Assembly (NCBI GenBank): GCA_963745025.1
Contig: CAVUWD010000011.1
Span: forward strand, 1 to 64,000
Source: an uncultured delta proteobacterium
Lineage (GTDB): Bacteria > Desulfobacterota > Binatia > JACPRU01
DNA: 64,000 nucleotides
Direction: 5' to 3'
Part shown: one piece after another, positions 31,180-40,479 of the stretch
Position numbering within the stretch: the first letter of the stretch is position 1
Layout: the number at the start of each line of letters is the position of its first letter
Made by a program: the position numbers and the translations under genes
The notes under the pieces: model-generated
What the model saw: only the letters and a program-made list of their open reading frames with translations
Told to the model about the DNA's origin: nothing
The model's database searches: none

Positions 31180-31404
31180 ATGGCGATGTTCATTCGCGTC
31201 GATATCGATCAAAGTCTCGTCGCAAAGACGCCTGGCCTCGCGAAGAAGCTCGTCGAGGCGTGCCCGGTGAAGATCTTCGCCCTCGGCCGCGAGGAGAACG
31301 CAGTGACGATCGTCGAGAACAACCTCGACGAATGCACCCTCTGCGACCTCTGCATGCAGGCCTCCCCGGACGGCGTGAAGGTCGTCAAGCTTTACGAGTC
31401 GTAA
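31180..31404 (+). CDS. Small 4Fe-4S ferredoxin
   Basis: ACPVKIF and ECTLCDLCMQASP; only one complete cluster motif. Confidence 0.8.
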   Translation: MAMFIRVDIDQSLVAKTPGLAKKLVEACPVKIFALGREENAVTIVENNLDECTLCDLCMQASPDGVKVVKLYES

Positions 31405-31405
31405 T

Positions 31406-31537
31406 CGTCTGGGGCCGAGGACGGCTCGCGGCGCATTAGACGCGCTCCGCGGGGTCCGCGCCGCCGTCCTGGCAGGCGCGAGAGGCGCAACGACCTCACG
31501 CGTCTGCAGCGCCGCGAGCCGTCCTCGGCCCCAGACG
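31406..31537. repeat. 132-bp palindromic element (MITE/REPIN-like)
   Basis: Arms are reverse complements over 39 bp: 29 bp perfect (CGTCTGGGGCCGAGGACGGCTCGCGGCGC), 3 mismatches, then AGACGCG. Confidence 0.85.
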
Positions 31538-31598
31538 GTCACAGTGGCGCCCGTGCCGCGTTGCGTAGAACTTGCCGGTGAGCCAGTATTGGCCGCGC

Positions 31599-33593
31599 AT
31601 GGCAGAGGGATCGCCGAAGAAGCGCGAGCGCCCATGGCTCATGCGCACCTACTCGGGCCACACCTCGGCCCGTGCCTCCAACGAGCTCTATCGGAAGAAT
31701 CTCGCCAAGGGCCAGACCGGCTTGTCGATCGCCTTCGATCTGCCGACTCAAACCGGCTACGACTCGGACCACCCGTTGGCGCGCGGCGAGGTCGGCAAGG
31801 TCGGCGTGCCGATCTCGTCGATCGAGGACATGGCGGCGTTGCTCGAGGGCATTCCCCTCGAAGAGATGAACACCTCGATGACGATCAACGCGACGGCGGC
31901 GTGGCTCCTCTCGCTCTACGTCGCGCTCGCCAAGCGCCGAGGCGTCGATGCGAAGCTCCTCGAGGGCACGACCCAGAACGACATCATCAAGGAGTACCTC
32001 TCGCGCGGCACGCACATCTTCCCGCCAAAGCCTTCGCTGCGCTTGATCGGCGACATGGTGAGCTACACCGTCCAGCACATCCCCAAATGGAACCCGATCA
32101 ACATCTGCAGCTATCACCTGCAGGAAGCCGGGGCGACACCCGTCCAGGAGTTGGCGTTCGCGCTCGCCGACGCGATCTGCGTGCTCGACACCGTGCGTGC
32201 CGCCGGGGCGGTGTCGGCCGACGAGTTTCCACGGGTGTTCGGCCGCATCAGCTTCTTCGTCAATGCCGGCGTCCGCTTCGTCGAAGAGATGTGCAAGATG
32301 CGGGCGTTCACCGAGCTCTGGGACGAGATCGGGCGCGAGCGCTACGGCGTCGCCGACGAGAAGCTGCGCCGCTTCCGCTACGGCGTCCAGGTGAACTCGC
32401 TCGGCCTGACGGAGGCGCAGCCCGAGAACAACGTGCAGCGGATCGTGCTCGAGATGCTCGCGGTCGTGCTTTCGAGGAACGCGCGCGCCCGCTCCGTGCA
32501 GCTTCCGGCCTGGAACGAAGCGCTCGGCCTGCCGCGGCCGTGGGACCAGCAGTGGTCGTTGCGCATCCAGCAGGTCATCGCCTACGAGAGCGATCTCCTC
32601 GAGCACGAGGATCTCTTCGACGGGTCCCCGGTCGTGACCCGCAGGGTCGAAGAGCTGAAGGAGGGCGCGCGCGCAGAGCTCGAGAAGGTCGACGCCATGG
32701 GAGGAGCGCTCGCCGCCGTCGAGAACGCGTATCTGAAGCAGCAGCTCGTCGCGTCGAACGCGCGGCGCCTGCGCCGCATCGAATCCGGCGAGCAGATCGT
32801 GGTCGGCGTGAACCGGTTCACGGAGACCGAGCCGAATCCGCTGCTCGCCGCGGGCGTCGAGCAGATCCTGAGAGTCGATCCCGCCGCCGAGCGCGAGCAG
32901 GTCGAACGGCTTCGCGCCTTCCGCGCTCGGCGGAGCGAGGGGGAAGTCAAGTCTCGGCTTCGCCAGCTGCGGGGTGCGGCCGAGAACGGGCAGAACATCA
33001 TGCCCGCATCGATCGCCTGCGCCGAGGCCGGCGCGACCACCGGCGAGTGGGCCGGCGAGCTGCGGACGGTCTTCGGAGAGTTTCGCGCCCCGACCGGAAT
33101 CGGCGCGGTGGTGGCGATGGCCGGCGGCGCCGATCGCATCGCCGCGATTCGCGAGAAGCTCGCGGAAACCGAGCGCGAGCTCGGCCGCAAGCTCCGCATG
33201 CTGGTCGGCAAGCCGGGCCTCGACGGGCACTCGAACGGCGCCGAACAGATCGCGCTCATGGGCCGCGACGTCGGCTTCGAGGTCATCTACGAGGGCATCC
33301 GCTCCACTCCCGAGCAGATCGCGCGGGTAGCGGCCGACGAGGACGTGAGCATCGTCGGCTTGTCGATCCTCTCCGGCTCCCACCTCGAGCTCGTCGCGGA
33401 GACGATGCGGCTTCTCCGCGAGCGCCGCGGCGGCGAGGTGCCGGTCGTGGTCGGTGGCATCATCCCGGCCGAAGACCGCGAGCGCTTGCTCGCCTCCGGG
33501 GTCAAGCGCGTCTACACGCCGAAAGATTTCGAGCTCGGCGCGATCCTTTCCGACATCGTCGACGTGCTGCGCGAGGTCAACGGCCTCGCGTAG
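31599..33593 (+). CDS. ecm: Ethylmalonyl-CoA mutase (MeaA/Ecm), B12-dependent
   Basis: PWLMRTYSGH, NLAKGQTGLSIAFDLPTQTGYD, SYHLQEAG, LPAWNEALGLP, KPGLDGHSNGAEQIA. Confidence 0.93.
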   Translation: MAEGSPKKRERPWLMRTYSGHTSARASNELYRKNLAKGQTGLSIAFDLPTQTGYDSDHPLARGEVGKVGVPISSIEDMAALLEGIPLEEMNTSMTINATAAWLLSLYVALAKRRGVDAKLLEGTTQNDIIKEYLSRGTHIFPPKPSLRLIGDMVSYTVQHIPKWNPINICSYHLQEAGATPVQELAFALADAICVLDTVRAAGAVSADEFPRVFGRISFFVNAGVRFVEEMCKMRAFTELWDEIGRERYGVADEKLRRFRYGVQVNSLGLTEAQPENNVQRIVLEMLAVVLSRNARARSVQLPAWNEALGLPRPWDQQWSLRIQQVIAYESDLLEHEDLFDGSPVVTRRVEELKEGARAELEKVDAMGGALAAVENAYLKQQLVASNARRLRRIESGEQIVVGVNRFTETEPNPLLAAGVEQILRVDPAAEREQVERLRAFRARRSEGEVKSRLRQLRGAAENGQNIMPASIACAEAGATTGEWAGELRTVFGEFRAPTGIGAVVAMAGGADRIAAIREKLAETERELGRKLRMLVGKPGLDGHSNGAEQIALMGRDVGFEVIYEGIRSTPEQIARVAADEDVSIVGLSILSGSHLELVAETMRLLRERRGGEVPVVVGGIIPAEDRERLLASGVKRVYTPKDFELGAILSDIVDVLREVNGLA

Positions 33594-33667
33594 CCGGTCT
33601 AACCTATTGGCGCGGTCGAGGCCGGATCTCGCGGCGCAGGCGACAGCGTCATCATGGAGGAGCCGTC

Positions 33668-34036
33668 ATGGCCATCTTTCATCGCAACGAGGAGCAGGAG
33701 TTCTTCCTCGAGGGCAATCACATGGCAGGACTTGCGACGCCCACCCGCCACGCCGAGCAAGTCGAAGTCTGGAGAGCCCGCATGGATGCCGGCTCCGCCA
33801 CGCCGCCGCACCAGCATGATTGCGAGGAAGTCGTGGTCGTGCTGAGCGGCCGAGGCCGGGCGCGGATCGGTGACGAGGAAGTGACCTTTGCGGCGGGCGA
33901 CACGCTGATTCTCCCCGCCGGCAAGGTTCATCAGATCTTCTCCGAGACGGCGAGCGAGTCGATCGCGGCGATGCCGCGGCGCTCGACGATCCGCACGGCC
34001 TCGGGCGAGGTGATGGATCTCCCTTGGCGCCACTGA
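33668..34036 (+). CDS. Cupin domain protein
   Basis: TPPHQHDCEEVVVVLSG, GDTLILPAGKVHQ; GGAGGAG RBS. Confidence 0.88.
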   Translation: MAIFHRNEEQEFFLEGNHMAGLATPTRHAEQVEVWRARMDAGSATPPHQHDCEEVVVVLSGRGRARIGDEEVTFAAGDTLILPAGKVHQIFSETASESIAAMPRRSTIRTASGEVMDLPWRH

Positions 34037-34094
34037 GGCCATTCGTTTCCGCGACGTTGAATCGCCGCGAGGCGGACGATAGTTTCTTCGCCAC

Positions 34095-35474
34095 GTGGCG
34101 AAGAAACCGAACGCGCGAAGCCTGAGGACCGGCCGCATCGAGCGTCTGGCGAGCGTCGGCTCGGTGACCGGACGCGTTGGCGCTTCCTATCTCTGGTCTG
34201 CGCTCAAGCGCCCGTTTCAAAGCGAGGAGAAGCGCGAGACCGCGCGTCTCGACACGCACCTCAAGAACGCCCTGCGCATCGTCGAGAGCTCGAAGCAGCT
34301 CCGCGGCGCGTTCATGAAGATGACGCAGCTCCTGTCGATGCGCGACGATCTCTTCCCGACCGAGGCGATCGACGTGCTGTCCGTCGTCCAGTCGAGCGTT
34401 CCGGCGATGGACTACCGGCTGATCCGAAAGCGGATCGTCGACGAGCTCGGCGCGGAGCCGGAGAGGATCTTCGCATCGTTCGATCCGGAGGCCTTCGCCG
34501 CCGCCTCGCTCGGCCAGGTGCATCGCGCTCGACTTCATTCCGGCGAGGAGGTCGTCGTCAAGATCCAGTATCCGGGCGTCGAGAAGACCGTGAAGAGCGA
34601 CCTGCAGAATGCCAAGGCGCTCATCCAGACCCTGAAGCTCGTCGCGCGCGACGTCATGCGCAATCGTGACATGGACTATCGCGGCGTCTACGAGGAGATG
34701 AAGAGCCGCATGGAGGAGGAGCTCGACTACGAGCTCGAGGCCGCGAACATCGAGCTCTTCCGGAAGCTCTACGCGGACGATCCCGAGATCGTGATCCCGC
34801 GGGTGATTCACGAACGGACCACCCGGCGTGTCATCACGCTCGGCTACATCGACGGCTACAAGATCCGCGACATCCTCGCGCCCGGCGTCGATCAGTCACT
34901 GAAGGACTGGGTGATGCTCAAGCTCTACAACATCACCTGGGAGCAGCTCCTCTGCTTCGGGGTCTTGCACGTCGATCCGCATCCGGGAAACTACCTCGTC
35001 ACCCACCATCCGAAGCTCGGCATTCTCGACTTCGGCTGCATCCGCATCCTGCCGCCCGGTCTCCGCGATGCATACCGCGACCTCAATCGCGCGCTCCTAG
35101 AGGACGACGAGCCGCTCTTCCGCGATGCGCTTCTCCGGCTCGAGTTCCTGAACCCGGAGGACGATCACCGGCCCATGCGCGACATCCTGCGGCGGCTGTT
35201 CGCCCCCCTGCTCGTCGACCGCAAGGTCGATCCGCGCGAATACAAGTCGATGGAAGAGCTCTCCGCGGCCGTGCAGCGCGGCCTCGCGGCGGGCTACTGG
35301 AAGGCGCCGCCGCACCGAGTGTTTCTCGATCGCGTATTGCTCGGCATCGACGGCTACCTGAAGCTCGCCGGAACCGTTGCCAACTGGCACAGAATCTATA
35401 AGAAGTGGGTCTACTGCGAGCCGCGTGACGTCTCGGCTCTCGTCAAGACGCGGGCCAAGCACCTACGGCACTGA
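34095..35474 (+). CDS. ABC1/UbiB atypical protein kinase
   Basis: LRGAFMK, AAASLGQVHRA, VVVKIQYPG, EELDY..EA, HVDPHPGN, LDFGC. Confidence 0.92.
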   Translation: MAKKPNARSLRTGRIERLASVGSVTGRVGASYLWSALKRPFQSEEKRETARLDTHLKNALRIVESSKQLRGAFMKMTQLLSMRDDLFPTEAIDVLSVVQSSVPAMDYRLIRKRIVDELGAEPERIFASFDPEAFAAASLGQVHRARLHSGEEVVVKIQYPGVEKTVKSDLQNAKALIQTLKLVARDVMRNRDMDYRGVYEEMKSRMEEELDYELEAANIELFRKLYADDPEIVIPRVIHERTTRRVITLGYIDGYKIRDILAPGVDQSLKDWVMLKLYNITWEQLLCFGVLHVDPHPGNYLVTHHPKLGILDFGCIRILPPGLRDAYRDLNRALLEDDEPLFRDALLRLEFLNPEDDHRPMRDILRRLFAPLLVDRKVDPREYKSMEELSAAVQRGLAAGYWKAPPHRVFLDRVLLGIDGYLKLAGTVANWHRIYKKWVYCEPRDVSALVKTRAKHLRH

Positions 35475-35478
35475 AACA

Positions 35479-35880
35479 ATGCTAAAGAGGATCCACCACG
35501 TCGGGATCGTGGTTCGCAGTCTCGAGGAGGCGTACCGATTCTACCGCGACGTTCTCGGGCTTCACGTCCACAAGACGGCCGAGGTACGTGACCAGGGCGT
35601 GCGGGCCGCGCTGCTCACCGTCGGCCATTCGGAGATCGAGCTCCTCGAGCCGATCGATCCCAAGGGCACGGTGGCGCGGTTTCTCGACAAGCGCGGCGAA
35701 GGCATGCACCACGTCTGCTTCGAGACCGACGACGTCGCGCGCGAGCTCGCGGCGGCGAAACAGGCGGGTATTCCGCTGATCGACGAGGCGCCCCGCCTGG
35801 GGCTTGCCGGCAAGATCTGCTTTCTGCACCCGAAGGGCACGGCAGGAATTCTGATCGAATTTGCCGAGCCGATCGGCTGA
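35479..35880 (+). CDS. mce: Methylmalonyl/ethylmalonyl-CoA epimerase
   Basis: IHHVGIVV, EIELLEP, FLDKRGEGMHHVCF, FLHPKGTAGILIE. Confidence 0.9.
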   Translation: MLKRIHHVGIVVRSLEEAYRFYRDVLGLHVHKTAEVRDQGVRAALLTVGHSEIELLEPIDPKGTVARFLDKRGEGMHHVCFETDDVARELAAAKQAGIPLIDEAPRLGLAGKICFLHPKGTAGILIEFAEPIG

Positions 35881-35947
35881 ACCGGGAACGGGTGAAACGG
35901 GTCGATGACCCTGGGAAACCCCTTTACCGAAGGCACGGAGGTGACGC

Positions 35948-37483
35948 ATGGCGTTCGCGGCTGAGACTCTCGAATCCACGCCCGCCCGCTCGATGATCGT
36001 CGTCACGAGCCCCGCCACCCTGCAAAAGGTGGCAGAGATCCCCGTGACGACCGCCGACGAGCTGGCGGCCGCCGAGCAGCGGGGGCGCGCTGCGCAGCGA
36101 GACTGGGCGAAGCGTTCCTTCTCCGAGCGGGCCCGCGCGCTCTACCGGTTTCGCGACGCGCTACTGGACGACGCCGAGCGCTTCGCCGACGTGCTGACGT
36201 CGGAGACCGGCAAGCCACGCGGCGACGCCTACGGTGTCGAGTTGATCTACGTGTGCGACGCGATCTCGTACTGGGGGAAGAACGCCGAGACGTTTCTCCG
36301 CGACGAGCGGGTGTGGCCTCATCTCCTCAAGAACAAGGCCGCGTACTCGACGTACGCGCCGGTCGGCCTGGTCGGCATCATCGGCCCGTGGAACTTCCCG
36401 TTCGTGCTGACGATCGGCGACGCGTTGCCCGCGCTCATGGCGGGAAACGCGGTGATCATCAAGCCTTCCGAGGTGACGCCGGGCACGGCGATGTTCGGCG
36501 CCGAGGTCTGGCGGCGGGCCGGCCTGCCCGCGGACGTCCTGCAAGTGGTCCCGGGCTACGGCGACGTCGGCGCGAAGCTCGTCGATCGCGTCGACATGAT
36601 CCTCTTCACCGGCAGCGTGGCCACCGGCCGCAAGGTCGCGGTGCGCGCGGCGGAGCGGCTGATCCCCTGCTCGCTCGAGCTCGGCGGCAAGGATCCGATG
36701 ATCGTTCTCAAGGACGCGGACCTCGATCGAGCGGCGAACGCCTGCGTGTGGGGTGGCCTGGTGAACTCCGGTCAGGTCTGCCTCTCGGTCGAGCGCGTCT
36801 ACGTGGAAGCGCCGGTCTACGAGCCGTTCGTCAGGCTCGTCGAAGAGAAGATCAAGAAGGTGAAGCAGGGCCCTTCGGCCGAAGCCGTCGACATCGGGTC
36901 GATGACCTTTCCGCCGCAGCTCGAGAAGGTCGAGCGGCACGTCGCAGACGCCGTCGCCAAGGGAGCGAAGGTGCTCGCCGGCGGACGGCGCAATCCGGCG
37001 CATCCCGGTCTCTACTACGAGCCGACGCTACTGACCGACGTGACCCACGAGATGGAGGTCATGCGCGACGAGACCTTCGGTCCGGTGATCCCGATCATGA
37101 AGGTCGCCGACGAAGAAGAGGCGATCCGGCTGGCGAACGACTCGCCGTACGGCCTCGGCGCGAGCGTCTTCACGCGCGACGCCGAGAAGGGGCGCGCGAT
37201 CGCCCGGCGCATCGAGGCCGGCGGCATCTGCGTCAACGACGCGATCGTCCACTTCGCCGTAACCGACGTACCGATGGGCGGTGTCAAAGAGAGCGGCTCC
37301 GGCCGGCGCCACGCCGCGGAGGGCATCCGCAAGTTTTGCTATCAAAAAAGCGTGGTCGTGGACCGCTTCGGCTTGAAGAGCGAGTTCAACTGGTTCCCTA
37401 ACACGCCGGGAAAGCTGAAGGGGCTCAAGCGGGTGATGAACCTCCTCTACCGCTCGGGCTGGCGGAAGAGGCTCTTCGGCTGA
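35948..37483 (+). CDS. NAD(P)-dependent aldehyde dehydrogenase
   Basis: IGPWNFP, KPSEVTP, FTGSVATG, LELGGKDP, NSGQVCLS, ETFGPV. Confidence 0.93.
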   Translation: MAFAAETLESTPARSMIVVTSPATLQKVAEIPVTTADELAAAEQRGRAAQRDWAKRSFSERARALYRFRDALLDDAERFADVLTSETGKPRGDAYGVELIYVCDAISYWGKNAETFLRDERVWPHLLKNKAAYSTYAPVGLVGIIGPWNFPFVLTIGDALPALMAGNAVIIKPSEVTPGTAMFGAEVWRRAGLPADVLQVVPGYGDVGAKLVDRVDMILFTGSVATGRKVAVRAAERLIPCSLELGGKDPMIVLKDADLDRAANACVWGGLVNSGQVCLSVERVYVEAPVYEPFVRLVEEKIKKVKQGPSAEAVDIGSMTFPPQLEKVERHVADAVAKGAKVLAGGRRNPAHPGLYYEPTLLTDVTHEMEVMRDETFGPVIPIMKVADEEEAIRLANDSPYGLGASVFTRDAEKGRAIARRIEAGGICVNDAIVHFAVTDVPMGGVKESGSGRRHAAEGIRKFCYQKSVVVDRFGLKSEFNWFPNTPGKLKGLKRVMNLLYRSGWRKRLFG

Positions 37484-38445
37484 GCGTCCGCCCGTAGGGC
37501 CGCCTTCTCGAACAAGCGATCGGCGAGGCGTTCGATGAAGGATGCGCCCTTCGGCCCATCTTCGAGCCCGGCGCGCCAGCGAGCCGGAATCGCCGAGCGC
37601 CCGTGATACGCGCCGGCGATCGCCCCGGTCATGGCGCCGATCGAGTCGGTCTCGCCGCCGAGGGCGACCGCGAACACGACCGCCGCCTCGAAGCTTTCGG
37701 CCTGCGACAGGAAGCAGTAGAGCGCCGTCGGCACCGAGCCGAGCGCCGTGGCGTTGGCGCCGAGCCGGTCCCGGACCACGCTCGGCGGGACTCGTCGCTC
37801 CAGACATTCCTCGACCGCGCGAAGCTTCTGGCGAAATTCGATCGAGCGCGCGGTCGAGCGAAGCTCCACGACGAAGGAAAGCGGATCGAGCGGCTCGTCG
37901 CGCCGACCGAGCGCGAGCGCGATTTGTCGTGCTTGCAGGACCGCTCCGGCGATGCCGAGCGGATGACCGTGGGTGACGGCCGCGCACGTCTCCACGACGC
38001 GCTCGAGCGCCTCACGGTCGCGATGGTGGGCGAGCGCGCACGGCGCGATCCTCGCGGCGGCCCCGTTTCCGAACGAGCCGCGGGCGAAGACGTGCTCGGC
38101 GGCGGTCTCCCAGCCCTCGCCGCCGCGCAAGCGTCGCAGAAAATCCGTCGTCGTCCGTCCATAGTGCCGGTCGGGGTCGTGCTCTCGCTGAATGCGCTCG
38201 GCGAAGCTTCCGCCATCTAGCACGCCGTCGTCGAGCACCCACTCCGCGACGGCGATCATCATCTGCGTATCCTCGGTATAGCGGCCGCGAGGATGACCGA
38301 GCATGTCGCGAACCTCGCCGTGCTCGCGGGCGATGCGTGCCGCGCTCCACCCCTTCACCGGCCGCCCGAGGGCATCGCCGACCGCCGTGCCGAGCAGGGC
38401 GCCGCGAAACGCATCGCGCAAACCTTCCGAGCTCGCGTCGGCCAT
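37447..38445 (-). CDS. ADP-ribosylglycohydrolase family protein
   Basis: GTAVGDALG, YTEDTQM, SFGNGAAARIAP, VTHGHP, GGETDSIGAMTGAIAGA. Confidence 0.9.
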   Translation of the reverse strand: MADASSEGLRDAFRGALLGTAVGDALGRPVKGWSAARIAREHGEVRDMLGHPRGRYTEDTQMMIAVAEWVLDDGVLDGGSFAERIQREHDPDRHYGRTTTDFLRRLRGGEGWETAAEHVFARGSFGNGAAARIAPCALAHHRDREALERVVETCAAVTHGHPLGIAGAVLQARQIALALGRRDEPLDPLSFVVELRSTARSIEFRQKLRAVEECLERRVPPSVVRDRLGANATALGSVPTALYCFLSQAESFEAAVVFAVALGGETDSIGAMTGAIAGAYHGRSAIPARWRAGLEDGPKGASFIERLADRLFEKAALRADAQPKSLFRQPER

Positions 38446-38557
38446 CCCGCTTCTTTAGCGGGCCGGCCCCGACGAGGCCAGCCGGGCCCCCCTCGCATTT
38501 TTCGCGGACTTGCTGCAAAATCGGCTGCTTGATGGCAAGCACCACAAGGAGCTCCCG

Positions 38558-40411
38558 ATGACGGCGATCGTGAAGACTGCCCCCGCCCCCCGCCACCCCC
38601 TGGCGGGCAAAGAGATGACCTGTGCGGAGATGATCGTCCAGGTCCTCGCCGACGAGGGCGTCGACACGATCTTCGGCTACAGCGGCGGCGCGATCCTGCC
38701 GACCTACGACGCCGTCTTCCGCTACAACGCGGACCACTCCAAGTCCGAAGAGATCCGGCTGATCGTGCCGGCCACCGAGCAGGGCGCCGGCTTCATGGCC
38801 GCGGGCTACGCGCGCTCGAGCCGGCAAGGTCGGCGTGTTCCTCGTCACCTCGGGCCCGGGCGCGACCAACTCGGTGACGCCGATCCGCGACTGCCAGGCC
38901 GACTCGGTTCCGGTGGTGCTCATCTGCGGCCAGGTGCCGCGCGCCGCGATGGGCACCGACGCGTTCCAGGAGGCGCCCGTCTTCAACATCATGGCGCGTG
39001 CGCGAAGCACGTCTTCCTCGTCACCGACGAGACCAAGCTCGAGGCGACGATGCGGACCGCCTTCGACATCGCGCGCAGCGGGCCGTCCCGGGCCGGTCGT
39101 CGTCGACATCCCGAAGGACGTGCAGCTCGCCGTCGGCGCGTTCCAGGGCGCCGGCCTCCTGACGCTGCGCGGCTACGACGAGCGGCTCGAGGCGCTCGAA
39201 GGACGCGTCGCTCTCGGCGCGGCGACGCGCAAGGCGTTCTTCCGGCTGCTCGCCAAGTCGCGAGCGACCGCTCATCTACGCCGGCGGCGGCGTCATCAAC
39301 GGCGACGCCGCCGACGAGCTGCGCGCCTTCGCGGAGCGCTTCGGCATCCCGGTCGTGACGACGCTGATGGGCATCGGCGCGATCGACACCACGAGCGACC
39401 TCTCGCTGCACATGCTCGGCATGCACGGCACCGCGTACGCCAACTACGCGGTCGAGGACTGCGACTTCCTCTTCGCCGTCGGCTCGCGCTTCGACGACCG
39501 CGTCGCGCGGCAAGGTGAAGGAGTTCGCGCCGCAGCGCGAAGATCGCGCACCTCGACATCGACGCCTCCGAGATCGGCAAGGTGAAGAAGCGTCGACTGG
39601 GCGCACGTCTCCGACGCCAAGCGCCGGCCTGCGCAGCTCCTCGACGCGGGCCGGCAAGGACTTCAAGAAGGACTTCGGCCCGCTGGCGCGCGCACGTCGC
39701 GAGCTGAAGGCGCGGCACGCCGCTCGAACTACAATCGCGACGTCGCCGCTCCTGCAGCCGAGTACGTGCTGCGAGACGCTGAACGAGATCACGCGCGGCG
39801 AGGCGATCGTCACGACCGGCGTCGGCCAGCACCAGATGTGGGCGGCGCAGTACCTCGACTTCAAGCATCCGCGCGCACTTCCTCACCTCGGGCAGCATGG
39901 GCACGATGGGCTTCGGCCTGCCGGCCGCGATCGGCGCGCAGCTCGCCAACCCGGGCAAGCTCGTCATCGACGTCGACGGCGACGGCCGCATCCGCATGAA
40001 CCTCGGCGAGCTCGAGACGCTGACCACCTACGACATCCCGGTGAAGGTGCTGCTGCTCAACAACCTCGGCGACGGCATGGTCCGCCAGTGGCAGGACCTG
40101 TTCTACGCCGAACCGCTACTCGGGCTCCGACAAGACGCTGCACAAGAAGGACTTCGTCAAGGCCGCCGAGGCCGACGGCTTCGGGTTCGCGCGACGCGTC
40201 ACCAAGAACGAGGAAGTGCGGGCGGTGCTCGAGGCGTTCGTCGCATCGCGGGTCCGGCGTTCCTCGAGGTCATGGTCGACCAGAAGGCCGCACGTCTACC
40301 CGATGGTCGGCCGGCATGGGCTACAAGGACATGATCACCGGACCGTACATCGGCCCGCGCGAAGTCGTGCGGCCGGATCCGAAGAAGATCGATCCGAGCA
40401 GCATGTTCTGA
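38558..40411 (+). CDS. ilvB: Acetolactate synthase large subunit (many frameshifts)
   Basis: [76 protein letters not shown]. Confidence 0.9.
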
Positions 40412-40476
40412 GAGGCCTCGGGCTACAGGCTACGGGCAAGGACTCCGCGATACCTTTCCCGTAGCCCGTAGCCTCT
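40412..40476. repeat. Heptamer-built intergenic inverted repeat, copy 4
   Basis: GGCTACA GGCTACG GG, spacer CAAGGACTCCGCG, then CCCGTAG CCCGTAG CCTCT. Confidence 0.8.
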
Positions 40477-40479
40477 TCG

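Noticed and set aside
31544-34036. Very long alternative-frame or antisense ORFs (e.g. 31544..34036, 31539..33383, 15440..17128, 47771..49537)
   Set aside because: Arg/Ala/Pro-rich shadow ORFs typical of high-GC DNA that overlap well-supported genes; only the last ~120 codons of the 830-aa ORF (the cupin) look real
38558-40411. Programmed frameshifting or pseudogenisation of ilvB, etfBA, iclR, mcd, the fadF-like gene and the gvp genes
   Set aside because: Single-base indels cluster in patches, lack slippery sites and leave catalytic motifs intact; best explained as long-read consensus error
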